A program made the translations under genes and the position numbers. The notes under the pieces are model-generated. The model did no database searches. It saw only the letters and a list, made by a program, of their open reading frames with translations, and was not told the origin of the DNA. Shown here piece by piece: positions 19,583 to 28,827 of a stretch of DNA of 64,000 bases. Source of the stretch: Candidatus Oxydemutatoraceae bacterium (GTDB lineage Bacteria > Pseudomonadota > Gammaproteobacteria > Poriferisulfidales > Oxydemutatoraceae); the NCBI GenBank assembly GCA_965219575.1, contig OZ244779.1:1800352-1864351 (forward strand), given 5' to 3'. Each line of letters opens with the position of its first letter. The stretch's first letter is position 1.

Positions 19583-19855
19583 ATGCCCAAATACATTATA
19601 GAAAGAGATATCCCCGGTGCGGGTAATTTATCGGCAGATGAACTACAGGGCATCTCACAGAAATCATGCGGTATTCTAAAAAGCATGGGACCACAAATTC
19701 AGTGGGTTGAAAGCCAAGTAACCGCCGACAAAGTCTATTGCACCTATATCGCACCCGATATAGAAAGCATCAAGAAGCACGCCGAAGAGGGTGGCTTTCC
19801 TGCAAATAAAATTTCCGAGATCAAAACAACCATAGATCCGACTACTGCGGAATAG
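19583..19855 (+). CDS. DUF4242-like small protein
   Basis: A 90-aa protein beginning MPKYIIERDIPGAGNLSADEL resembles the DUF4242 family. I cannot verify this without a search. Confidence 0.45.
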   Translation: MPKYIIERDIPGAGNLSADELQGISQKSCGILKSMGPQIQWVESQVTADKVYCTYIAPDIESIKKHAEEGGFPANKISEIKTTIDPTTAE

Positions 19856-19870
19856 CCGGCGATTTCGCCT

Positions 19871-20146
19871 TCATCTAAAAATACAACCGCTATTCGTAAC
19901 GGTGACAGTAAAACCTTCCATGTCGCGCATCACATCCGCGACTTGGAAGGTTTCTATTTGGCTTGCTGATTGCTCGTCGTCTAATCCTTCAAAAGCCTCA
20001 TCAAGTACCAACAAATTGAATTGTCCCTCCTCGCACGATACTTTATAACCCCAACCGTGCTCCTCGGGTACTTCGGTAGTGTATATTTCGGCACCTACAA
20101 AGTGCCGCTCTAAATACGCTTTCACTATTTCTGTTTGCTTAGTCAT
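19871..20146 (-). CDS. Hypothetical protein, 91 aa
   Basis: A clean ORF convergent with the previous gene. No domain recognised. Confidence 0.4.
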   Translation of the reverse strand: MTKQTEIVKAYLERHFVGAEIYTTEVPEEHGWGYKVSCEEGQFNLLVLDEAFEGLDDEQSASQIETFQVADVMRDMEGFTVTVTNSGCIFR

Positions 20147-20228
20147 TTTATTGCCCCGACTTGTCTGCCGATTGCAGAATGTTAAATCTGCCGCTACAGA
20201 TACCTAGTATACACACCCGCTATAACCA

Positions 20229-20253
20229 TTCGTCGGATATTTGCTACCGCTCA
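20229..20253 (+). promoter_or_regulatory. Conserved 25-nt motif TTCGTCGGAWATTTGCTACCGYTCA, copy 1 of 2. It lies 94 nt upstream of the 20348 start codon.
   Basis: Identical apart from two positions to 21259-21283. That copy lies 96 nt upstream of the 21380 start. Confidence 0.5.
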
Positions 20254-20347
20254 TTGAATTTAGTAAAGCCACATATTTCGAAAAAGGATACCCTGTGACT
20301 GATTTGCTATAAGGCATCAATTTACATATAATTCAGAGGAGAAGACA

Positions 20348-20575
20348 ATGAACACAGTAATATCGTTATTAGAAAAAATCCCCGGTGCCTCTAATGAGGA
20401 AGTTTTAGAGGTTGCTACCAAATTGCGCAGAACCGATGATTTGGTAGCTCATAAAGATTTAGAAACGATCATAGCGAAACTAGAAGCACGACTGATCAAG
20501 CAGATGTATGCTGTGGGCGGAGTAACCGTTGCAATAACGCTCACAGGTGTCGGATTGATGATCCAGTTTTTATGA
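20348..20575 (+). CDS. DUF1640-like small membrane protein with a coiled-coil region and a C-terminal TM helix
   Basis: 75 aa. The C-terminus is hydrophobic (AVGGVTVAITLTGVGLMIQFL). It resembles the neighbouring DUF1640 paralogs. Confidence 0.5.
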   Translation: MNTVISLLEKIPGASNEEVLEVATKLRRTDDLVAHKDLETIIAKLEARLIKQMYAVGGVTVAITLTGVGLMIQFL

Positions 20576-20585
20576 TGAAGCAATA

Positions 20586-20745
20586 CCATAGAACCGCCGA
20601 TTGAGCCAGTAGGTCAATCGGCAATACAAAGCCGCCGATTGAGCCAGTAGGTCAATCGGCAATACAAAGCCGCCGATTGAGCCAGTAGGTCAATCGGCAA
20701 TTATGATGTGCGCCCGATAGGTTGATCGGCGTTACATTGTTCAGG
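20586..20745. repeat. Tandem array of three perfect 38-bp module-A palindromic units plus one degenerate unit (REP-like)
   Basis: acaaagccgccgattgagccagtaggtcaatcggcaat appears three times, then gcgcccgataggttgatcggcg. Confidence 0.85.
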
Positions 20746-20759
20746 ACTACGATAATAAT

Positions 20760-21074
20760 TTAACCCATGCGTAACAACGCGATGATGACACCGGTAAAAC
20801 CGGCACCTATAACACATATAGCCACAATGCTTTCTACATATAGCCACGATAATCTTCTCTCAACTATACCGATATGCTTTTCAACTATACCTATACGCCT
20901 CTCAACGGCATCAAAACGAGCGTCTATTTTATCAAGGACTTCTTGCATTGACATCGATACTTGTCGGTCAATCGCACGCGCCGTTATCTCCGCTTGCGTT
21001 CTCGACATTCCTGCTTGTTCCAATTCGTGCATCGTGTTAAAAGTCTCCGTGCTTCGGTTGATCGTTGTATTCAT
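20760..21074 (-). CDS. DUF1640 family protein
   Basis: 104 aa. The FNTMHELEQAGMSRTQAE motif is shared with the 53231-53491 paralog. It has a C-terminal TM helix. Confidence 0.65.
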   Translation of the reverse strand: MNTTINRSTETFNTMHELEQAGMSRTQAEITARAIDRQVSMSMQEVLDKIDARFDAVERRIGIVEKHIGIVERRLSWLYVESIVAICVIGAGFTGVIIALLRMG

Positions 21075-21076
21075 TT

Positions 21077-21215
21077 TTACTCCTTTGAATTATATGTTAA
21101 TCAATGCCCTAGAGCAAACTAAGGGATAGCCTATCTCACCCTGTAGCACGATTTTCCTAATTTTGATGAACAGCCCTAAATACCCGACGAACGGTTTTAT
21201 ATAAAGGGAATGTAG
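21077..21215 (-). promoter_or_regulatory. Diverged copy of the ~145-nt upstream element E (see 53495-53640)
   Basis: ctcctttgaatta...cccgacgaacggttttatataaaggg aligns with the 5' and 3' parts of the other two copies. Confidence 0.45.
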
Positions 21216-21258
21216 GACATAGGGGTTACTTTACGGTTTTAACAACCTAAAAGTAGCT

Positions 21259-21283
21259 TTCGTCGGAAATTTGCTACCGTTCA
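21259..21283 (+). promoter_or_regulatory. Conserved 25-nt motif, copy 2 of 2
   Basis: Same motif as at 20229-20253, at the same distance from the start codon. Confidence 0.5.
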
Positions 21284-21379
21284 CCGGAAATATAACAAAG
21301 TACTTCTTTTATAGGTCAAAATCGGACTAATCTTTGTTATTCAAGTTTATAAGTCAAACGATTAGGAGGAATTATTAAC

Positions 21380-23485
21380 ATGATGGAAACTTTCAGATCT
21401 AAAACAGATACTATCATCGAGGTACCGCAAGATTGGGTTGCTTTGTATGTAAAAGAGAATCCCGAAGCTATGGAGATATTAAACACGCATAAAATCTATA
21501 ACGATGTTTCATATCTCAATGCCGAGCGTGGATTAGATCCGATTACTCGACAAAAACTGAGCATATTTAGGATACGCCATTTAGCCGATAAAAACCGCAG
21601 AAACCCGTGTGCGATTGCCCGCGCCGCATCGCCGTGGTGGGCGAAACAAAGACTGACCAGCACAAATACCACGCTTAGAATCTATAAAGTTTTGCAAACA
21701 AAGAATATACAAACAGTTGAAGATCTAGCCGCTTGGACAACCGAAAAATTGCACGAGCAAACACCTTTCGGCTACAAAACTTTATACAACCTCTGCATTT
21801 TCTTAAATAAAATCATCGGCGATAATCCGATAGCCGACAAAAAACAAACTCGGGATGGTGATATTGACGACGCGCTTATACGCGACGCAATAGCCGAACC
21901 GGACAAACTCAAACAGCTGATGAAAATACTGCACTACACAGATAACTGCAAAGATCCGTGTAAGTTGGCGCGTTTGGCTCTACCGTGGTTGGGCAAATGG
22001 AAGCTGATAGACACAAACTTTCCCAAAGCACCTATAGAAGTTATGAGGAGAGACGGTATCGAAACAATCTCGGATCTTGCAACATGCTCCCCGGAAAGAT
22101 TACTCGGCAAGAGAATGTTCGGGCGTAAGTCTCTGCACATTATTCTAAATTGCTTAAATACCGCACTGCTCGGAAAGCTAATATCCGATATAGATTATCC
22201 GGCAAATGTCGATTTGATACCGAACTCGAAGGTCTCTATACACCTTAGGCTCGGCTTCATTGAAAATCTAAGATGTTTTTTGTCTTCGCTCTATCCCGTT
22301 GATCTCTATATTTTTACGCGTCGGACGGCATTTGAAGCTACATTTCAAACTATACAAAAAATTTCGGATACCTGCGGCAAGTCGATCGTATATGTCACTT
22401 TAAGCCAAGCTGCGATGATAAAGAATTTTAGGAATTCTCTCTTAGGGCATATCTTCAGGCAAAAAATCATACGGCTATCGGAGGAGGCCGATTTTCCATT
22501 GTCTTTAGATCAAATAGAAACTATGGATCTATGGTTCAGCGGCATCCACTCGCATCGAACATTTTTCGGAAATCTAATCGGCGCAGTGAATGAGCGCGGT
22601 ATACGCGTCGTTAAAATCGGCAACAAATATTATCTCGGTTCGATTGAGCAGTTGGTTTGGAAGCGTACCGTAGAGGCGGCGAAAGCATTATTATCTTCGT
22701 CCGTAGACAAAGGGTGGAGTGAGACCGAAGCCTTTTTACGGGTGCAAAGATTGTTGCCCGACGGTGCCAAGCAATTCAAAAATCTATTGTGGGATTATGC
22801 CTCCGATTTATGCTACTTTAAAATTAATCCCGACGGTACGCGCACATTGATAGACTACGGGAAAGGACTGCACAAAACTATCAAAGTAATCCTTTCCGAA
22901 TCCGATTCGCCGATGCACTACGATGAAATCATCAAGGCGATAAAACTTAAGCTGGGGCTAAATCTGACTATGCTACAAGTATGTCCGGCGGCAAATAGTG
23001 TCGGTCTTGCCTTTAGAAAGGGGCTGTACGGTCTTGACAAACATATACCTTTCTCCGACAAACAGATTGCTCGTATCTGTCGTGCAGCCGAATCTATCGT
23101 CTACGCCGATAGGGCAAAAAAGCAGTGGCATTGTTTTGAAATACTCTCTAAATTGCCGGAACAAGCCGATGAGACCTTCGACAAGTTAGATATCCGTTTG
23201 CTAAACATCGTGCTTTCTAAATCCCGGAGATTGAGCTATCTTAACAGAATGGTCTGGACAACGACCGAAGGTTACAACAAAGGAGAAAAACGTCTGAACA
23301 AAACTCAAGCAATCATCGCTATGATCAAAAATGCCGGACATCCGTTGACGGGAAGCGAAATCAAAGCGCGATTACAAAAAGTAACCGGTGTCAATAAAAT
23401 TTTGCATATACCGAAGCATCCGTCTTTAATTCGCATCGCACCCGGTGTTTGGGATGTTAAGGACAAGGATGTACCGAATAGTTAG
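21380..23485 (+). CDS. Hypothetical 701-aa protein with two tandem RpoA alphaCTD-like helix-hairpin-helix modules and two or three HARE-HTH-like winged-helix modules
   Basis: Two ~80-aa modules (CAIARAASPWWAKQRL...NIQTVEDLAAWTTEKL...FGYKTLYNL and CKLARLALPWLGKWKL...GIETISDLATCSPERLL...FGRKSLHIIL) follow the alphaCTD pattern of RpoA. The C-terminal segments ...GHPLTGSEIKARLQKV...LIRIAPGVWDV and ...MHYDEIIKAI...AFRKGLYGL follow the HARE-HTH pattern. Confidence 0.7.
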   Translation: MMETFRSKTDTIIEVPQDWVALYVKENPEAMEILNTHKIYNDVSYLNAERGLDPITRQKLSIFRIRHLADKNRRNPCAIARAASPWWAKQRLTSTNTTLRIYKVLQTKNIQTVEDLAAWTTEKLHEQTPFGYKTLYNLCIFLNKIIGDNPIADKKQTRDGDIDDALIRDAIAEPDKLKQLMKILHYTDNCKDPCKLARLALPWLGKWKLIDTNFPKAPIEVMRRDGIETISDLATCSPERLLGKRMFGRKSLHIILNCLNTALLGKLISDIDYPANVDLIPNSKVSIHLRLGFIENLRCFLSSLYPVDLYIFTRRTAFEATFQTIQKISDTCGKSIVYVTLSQAAMIKNFRNSLLGHIFRQKIIRLSEEADFPLSLDQIETMDLWFSGIHSHRTFFGNLIGAVNERGIRVVKIGNKYYLGSIEQLVWKRTVEAAKALLSSSVDKGWSETEAFLRVQRLLPDGAKQFKNLLWDYASDLCYFKINPDGTRTLIDYGKGLHKTIKVILSESDSPMHYDEIIKAIKLKLGLNLTMLQVCPAANSVGLAFRKGLYGLDKHIPFSDKQIARICRAAESIVYADRAKKQWHCFEILSKLPEQADETFDKLDIRLLNIVLSKSRRLSYLNRMVWTTTEGYNKGEKRLNKTQAIIAMIKNAGHPLTGSEIKARLQKVTGVNKILHIPKHPSLIRIAPGVWDVKDKDVPNS

Positions 23486-23595
23486 CTTTTCCTCGGTAGC
23501 GTATTCATATTTTGATTACCGCCGTATCGCGGGATTGTGGTTTCCATCGATTAAAGCGATTCTATTTTGCTCGCACAAGGTATAATTTACCTACG

Positions 23596-25401
23596 ATGTG
23601 TGGTATTGCCGGTGAATTTTGTTTCGGGGGGCGGGCGACGAGTGCCGAAAATCTGCAACGGATGCTGGAACACATTGATTTTCGCGGTCCCGATAGTCGG
23701 CAGACTTGGTTGGACGGGCAGATAGGTTTTGCGCATGCACGGCTCGCAATCATAGATTTATCGGCTACCGGATCCCAACCTATGGTGGATCGTGATTTGG
23801 ATTTAGTGCTGGTGTTCAACGGGGTCATCTATAACTATCGCACGCTACGCGCTCGCCTGGAATCCTACGGCTACCGCTTCTTCGGCACCAGCGACAGCGA
23901 GGTTATCCTAAAAGCCTATCATCGTTGGCGGGAAGCCTGTGTTGAAAAACTCGACGGTATCTTTGCATTCGCAATTTGGGATCGCCGGTGCGAGTCTCTT
24001 TTCCTTGCTCGCGATCGTCTGGGAATCAAACCGCTTTATTATGCACGCACCGCAAATTGTTTTCGTTTTGCCTCGAACCCGCAGGCGTTGCTGGCAACCG
24101 ACGAGATTAATACCGAGATCGATGCGGTTGCATTACATCGTCATCTGAGTTTACATGCGGTCATCCCCGCGCCTCGTACCTTATTACGCGGCATACGCAA
24201 GCTCGAACCTGCACACACGATGTCGGTTGATTATAACGGTACTTTTGCCAAGCATCGTTATTGGTCCTTATCCGAGCAGGCACAATGTTTAGACATGCAA
24301 GAAGACGAATGGATAGAATTAATCGAATACGAATTGTCGAAGGCTGTTAAAAAACGTTTTGAAATAGCCGATGTAGAGGTCGGTGTCTTATTGTCGGGTG
24401 GATTGGACTCCAGTCTATTGGTGGCACTGCTCGCCAAGCTCAATGTCGCAAACATCAAGACTTATACGATCGGCTTCGAAAGCAAAGGCAAAGAGATCGG
24501 CGACGAGTTCGCCTACTCCGATGCAGTCGTAGAACACTTCAATACGGATCATCATCGCTTTAGCGTATCCGACACACAATTATACGAGCGGCTGCCCGAG
24601 GCGATTGCAAAGATGGCCGAACCTATGCCGGCGCAAGACTGTATCGCTTTTTATCTGCTTGCCGAGCAAGTCGGCGCAGACATTAAAGTTGTGCAGAGCG
24701 GACAAGGTGCCGACGAAGTGTTCGGCGGTTATTTTTGGTATCCCGAAATGCACCGTGCATCGGGTACGCCGTTGCAACGATTTAGTCGACATTATTTCGA
24801 TCGTAGCCACGACGAATACTCGGCAACCGTCGCACCATCTTTGCATATAACCGACAGCACTTCGCCTTTGGTCGCAGATCGTCTCGGACAAATCAAACTA
24901 TCCGATTATATAAACACCGTTTTATGCTTCGATGTAGAAACTTTGATCGTCGACGACCCGGTCAAGCGCGTGGACAATATGATGATGGCGTGGGGTGTAG
25001 AGGCAAGAGTGCCGTTTCTGGATCGTCATCTGGTAGAAACTGTCTGCGCGATGCCGCCCGAACTTAAACTCGGCGACGGCGGCAAATATAGCCTCAAAAA
25101 AATCGCTCGCCGCTATCTGCCAACCGAGGTGATAGACCGCAAAAAGGGCTATTTTCCCGTTCCTGCTCTAAAATATGTGCAGGGAATGTTTTATGAAATG
25201 ATGTGCGATGCCCTAAACTCGAATGCTTGCCGCGAACGCGAACTATTTCAACGCAGCTACATAACACACTTGCTAAACTCGGAGAAAGATCAGCTGACAC
25301 CGATACAAGGTAACAAACTCTGGCATTGTGCATTGCTCGAAATGTGGCTACAAACGCATGTAGACCGACACGGCACCGTACCGACACAGGTAATGAGATA
25401 A
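23596..25401 (+). CDS. asnB: Asparagine synthase (glutamine-hydrolysing)
   Basis: MCGIAGEF is a class-II amidotransferase N-terminus. SGGLDSS PP-loop. The ORF-track start at 23512 is probably an upstream extension. Confidence 0.85.
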   Translation: MCGIAGEFCFGGRATSAENLQRMLEHIDFRGPDSRQTWLDGQIGFAHARLAIIDLSATGSQPMVDRDLDLVLVFNGVIYNYRTLRARLESYGYRFFGTSDSEVILKAYHRWREACVEKLDGIFAFAIWDRRCESLFLARDRLGIKPLYYARTANCFRFASNPQALLATDEINTEIDAVALHRHLSLHAVIPAPRTLLRGIRKLEPAHTMSVDYNGTFAKHRYWSLSEQAQCLDMQEDEWIELIEYELSKAVKKRFEIADVEVGVLLSGGLDSSLLVALLAKLNVANIKTYTIGFESKGKEIGDEFAYSDAVVEHFNTDHHRFSVSDTQLYERLPEAIAKMAEPMPAQDCIAFYLLAEQVGADIKVVQSGQGADEVFGGYFWYPEMHRASGTPLQRFSRHYFDRSHDEYSATVAPSLHITDSTSPLVADRLGQIKLSDYINTVLCFDVETLIVDDPVKRVDNMMMAWGVEARVPFLDRHLVETVCAMPPELKLGDGGKYSLKKIARRYLPTEVIDRKKGYFPVPALKYVQGMFYEMMCDALNSNACRERELFQRSYITHLLNSEKDQLTPIQGNKLWHCALLEMWLQTHVDRHGTVPTQVMR

Positions 25402-26861
25402 TGCGCCCACTCTACACCGCCGAACAAAGCCGCGACATAGACCGAATGATTATCGCACAAACGCCTATCGCCGGATACGAACTGATGCAACGTGCCGGAC
25501 GGGCGTGCTTTAGTCATTTAATCGGACACCGGCCGCAAGCACGCAGTATCGTCGTTTACGCCGGTATCGGCAACAACGGCGGCGACGGCTATATCGTCGC
25601 CGATCTGCTTCGCCGAGCAGGACGGCAAGTCAAAGTGTGCCAACTCGGCGATACCGGCACTATCGAAGGCGATGCGTTGCAAGCGTGCAATGACTATCTT
25701 GCCGCCGGTGGTGAGAGAATCGGTGCCGACCAAACTATCGAAGCCGACTTAATCGTCGATGCGGTGTTCGGTAGCGGCTTAAACCGAGATTTATCGGAAC
25801 AGTCACTGGCTTGGATAGAACGAATCAACCGACTACAATTGCCGGTGCTTTCGGTGGACATTCCCTCGGGACTCGATGCAGACCGGGGATGCGCACGACC
25901 TATCGCAGTGAACGCCGATATTACCGTTAGCTTTATTACTCGCAAGCGCGGCATGTACACCGCCGACGGTAAAAATCACTGCGGGCAAATTATCTTTGAA
26001 GACCTGCAAAGCCGGGAGGATATCGTTGCACAAATTGAACCCGACTGCCGACTGCTCAACCACGACGAGGCAATCGAATGGCTACCACCTCGCCGCCGGG
26101 ATACGCATAAAAAAGCCTGCGGTCATGTTTTGATAATCGGCGGCAATCACGGCATGGCGGGGGCTGTTTGTCTTGCCGGCAAAGCTGCTCTGTATAGCGG
26201 TGCCGGCTTGGTCGGCGTACTCAGCCACGCACAACATAGCACTGCGGTCACTACGGTATGTCCGTCGTTGATGGCACACGACGCAGCGTGTGCGGAGACG
26301 ACAAAAAGACTGATAAATCGCTGCGACATCGTTGTTATCGGTCCCGGATTAGGCACCGATGCTTGGGCACTCGCTTTGATGGCCGATGTCTTGGACAGCG
26401 ACAAACCGTTGGTCGTCGATGCCGATGCCCTACACCTATTGGCAGAAGATCCGCTTAAGTCGGAACGTTGGATACTCACCCCACACCCGGGCGAAGCGGC
26501 ACATTTATTGCATACGACAACGCATGAGGTACAGAGAGATCGCTTTGCCGCTGCGCAAAACATACAGACTCGCTACGGCGGTGTGTGCGTACTCAAAGGA
26601 GCCGGCACCGTCGTTGCAAGCGATGAACACACCATCGTATGCGAAGGCGGCAACCCGGGCATGTCGAGTGCCGGCATGGGCGATGTATTAAGCGGTGTTA
26701 TTGCATCGCTACAAGGACAAGGACTCACTCGAGTAAAAGCTGCCCTGCTCGGCACCTGCGCCCATGCCCGCGCCGGCGACCTTGCAGCGGCTAAGTCGCC
26801 GCGGGGTTTGAGCTCCGAAGTTGTGATAGGGCATTTGCGGACGGCGGTTGCGAGCAGATGA
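25401..26861 (+). CDS. nnr: Bifunctional NAD(P)H-hydrate repair enzyme (epimerase plus dehydratase; YjeF)
   Basis: N-terminal YjeF-N domain (GIGNNGGDG). The C-terminal carbohydrate-kinase-like domain carries GDVLSG. The start overlaps the asnB stop (TAATG). Confidence 0.85.
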   Translation: MRPLYTAEQSRDIDRMIIAQTPIAGYELMQRAGRACFSHLIGHRPQARSIVVYAGIGNNGGDGYIVADLLRRAGRQVKVCQLGDTGTIEGDALQACNDYLAAGGERIGADQTIEADLIVDAVFGSGLNRDLSEQSLAWIERINRLQLPVLSVDIPSGLDADRGCARPIAVNADITVSFITRKRGMYTADGKNHCGQIIFEDLQSREDIVAQIEPDCRLLNHDEAIEWLPPRRRDTHKKACGHVLIIGGNHGMAGAVCLAGKAALYSGAGLVGVLSHAQHSTAVTTVCPSLMAHDAACAETTKRLINRCDIVVIGPGLGTDAWALALMADVLDSDKPLVVDADALHLLAEDPLKSERWILTPHPGEAAHLLHTTTHEVQRDRFAAAQNIQTRYGGVCVLKGAGTVVASDEHTIVCEGGNPGMSSAGMGDVLSGVIASLQGQGLTRVKAALLGTCAHARAGDLAAAKSPRGLSSEVVIGHLRTAVASR

Positions 26862-26862
26862 G

Positions 26863-27324
26863 ATGACTTATGTGCTACATATCGAAGATGCCTCGGCAAT
26901 GAAACATTTAGGTGTTTGCCTGGCAAAATATGTGCGCCCGGCGACCTCGCTGTGGCTACAAGGTCCGCTGGGGGCAGGTAAAACAACCTTGTGTCAGGGA
27001 TTAATTCGAGGACTCGGCTATGAGCAGGCGGTAAAAAGTCCGACTTTTACTTTGGTAAATAGTTATACTATAGGACAGTTGCTCGTGCATCACTTTGATT
27101 TTTATAGGGTCTGCGACGCTTATGAATTTGATTTAATCGGAGGTCGTGATTACTTTGCAAACAATGCCTTTTGTGTTATCGAATGGCCGGAACGCGCCGA
27201 AGCAATGCTGCCTCGGCCTACGCTATCGATTAACTTGGCAATAGAAAAACACTCGCGACAGCTTAAAATAGCGAGTCATTCGGAATACTCCGTGAAAAAA
27301 ATAGTTGAGGATTTTAAGTCTTGA
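26863..27324 (+). CDS. tsaE: tRNA threonylcarbamoyladenosine biosynthesis protein TsaE
   Basis: GPLGAGKTT P-loop. KSPTFTLVNSY and HFDFYR motifs match YjeE. Confidence 0.85.
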   Translation: MTYVLHIEDASAMKHLGVCLAKYVRPATSLWLQGPLGAGKTTLCQGLIRGLGYEQAVKSPTFTLVNSYTIGQLLVHHFDFYRVCDAYEFDLIGGRDYFANNAFCVIEWPERAEAMLPRPTLSINLAIEKHSRQLKIASHSEYSVKKIVEDFKS

Positions 27325-28661
27325 ATAGACATACGAGATATCTGAGTTTTTTATATCTCTGCACGGTGTTGTGCATGATTTCAAGCGGCGCACACGCAGC
27401 AACGCTGCTTGGTCTGCAAATCAGTGAAGTAGATCAAAGCACACACATCGTCTTAAACTTTGACAACAGTCCGCAATACAAAACTATCATTCTTGCAGAC
27501 CCACCTCGTTTCGTAGTCGACCTGTTTGACACGGTACCCGCCGACCCGGACCTTGCATCGGGCATCAGTAATGCTTTCGTCAAAAACATACGCACCGCCT
27601 CCAAAGAGGGCGGAAACTATAGAGTTGTTTTTGATTTGGTTGCCGGCATACGACAATCGTCGGTACAGATGCTCTCTTTGGATGGCAAACAGATCTCTTT
27701 CAAATTGAATTACCCGACATGGTTTAGCATTCAACCTCGAACTCCCGAACAAATCGGCAAACCGTTGACTAAACCGACCACCGTAAAACAAATAGACAAA
27801 GCGCGGTTGCGCAACGCATTGGTCATGATAGATCCTGGACACGGCGGAAAAGACCCCGGTGCAATCGGAGTGTCCGGAACTCGAGAAAAAAATATCGTAA
27901 TGTCAACCGCGCGTATTTTAGAAAGCATGCTCAACAGCGAATACGGCATCGAGGCAATGTTGACACGCAGCGACGATCGGTTCATGGATTTGCGCAAAAG
28001 ACTGGAGGCGGCGCGCACCCATCAAGCCGACCTGTTCATCTCGCTACACGCCGACGCCTTCCATCACAGTAATGTAAGGGGCGCATCGGTTTATGTGTTA
28101 TCCGATAAAGGTGCGTCGAGCGAAGCCGCACGCATCCTCGCACAGCGCGAGAACGAGGCGGTTATCGGTGGGATCAATATCGACGACAAAGATAACGCCC
28201 TCGCCTCCATACTCGTGGATTTATCGCAAACCGCTTCGATGGGACGAGCCAACGTGCTCGGCAACTATATCCTTGCCGCCTTCGGGAAGAATGTAAGAAG
28301 TAGAAATATAGAATCGGCAGGCTTCCTCGTTCTAAAATCCCCCGATGTGCCGTCGGTACTGGTAGAACTCGGCTACCTCACCAATCCCGAAGAGGAAAAA
28401 CTACTTAAACAACCCGGTTATCAAACACAACTGGCGAGAAATATCATGGCCGGCATCAAACGTTACTTAAACGACTACGCTACCGCCGATATGATCCTTG
28501 CCCATACCGCAATACGCGACTACACCGTCGCCCGAGGCGATACCCTCTACGGCATCGCCGAACGTTTCAACAGCTCGGTCAATCGCATCAAACAACTCTC
28601 GGGCCTCGGCACCGACACCATTCGCATCGGACAGACGCTGAAAGTACCGGTGGGCAGATAG
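27321..28661 (+). CDS. amiC: N-acetylmuramoyl-L-alanine amidase of the AmiB/AmiC family, with an N-terminal AMIN domain and a C-terminal LysM domain
   Basis: Amidase_3 core (IDPGHGGKDPGA, LHADA). The C-terminal LysM reads YTVARGDTLYGIAERF. A signal peptide is present. The start is probably TTG. Confidence 0.8.
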   Translation: MNRHTRYLSFLYLCTVLCMISSGAHAATLLGLQISEVDQSTHIVLNFDNSPQYKTIILADPPRFVVDLFDTVPADPDLASGISNAFVKNIRTASKEGGNYRVVFDLVAGIRQSSVQMLSLDGKQISFKLNYPTWFSIQPRTPEQIGKPLTKPTTVKQIDKARLRNALVMIDPGHGGKDPGAIGVSGTREKNIVMSTARILESMLNSEYGIEAMLTRSDDRFMDLRKRLEAARTHQADLFISLHADAFHHSNVRGASVYVLSDKGASSEAARILAQRENEAVIGGINIDDKDNALASILVDLSQTASMGRANVLGNYILAAFGKNVRSRNIESAGFLVLKSPDVPSVLVELGYLTNPEEEKLLKQPGYQTQLARNIMAGIKRYLNDYATADMILAHTAIRDYTVARGDTLYGIAERFNSSVNRIKQLSGLGTDTIRIGQTLKVPVGR

Positions 28662-28827
28662 CGGACTATCGTACCCACCTACAGTACCGTACAAGTCGGA
28701 CAAACTATGGATATAAAGGCGTTGCATTCGTATCGGTCACCGACAGACTTAAGGTGATGTATAATATCTATTCTCTCTAATAAGTAATACTATCAGGATT
28801 TCTAAAAACTCTATAAAATAAGGCACG

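Noticed and set aside
20229-20253. Sigma-54 promoter interpretation of the 25-nt motif (GG...GC)
   Set aside because: GG-to-GC spacing is 8 nt rather than the required 10-11. No TGGCAC core.
20586-20745. Possible CRISPR array (regularly spaced 38-bp repeats)
   Set aside because: The units are directly abutting with no unique spacers. Each unit is itself a palindromic REP-like module found singly elsewhere. No cas genes are present.
23512-23595. N-terminal extensions in the ORF track (asnB 23512, nnr 25326, tsaE 26848, hisD 45643, yhdH 49358, ybaN-like 38753, lipoprotein 38685, fhcC 17620)
   Set aside because: Family-typical N-termini and stop/start overlaps with the upstream genes indicate later start codons. 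The coordinates were adjusted accordingly.
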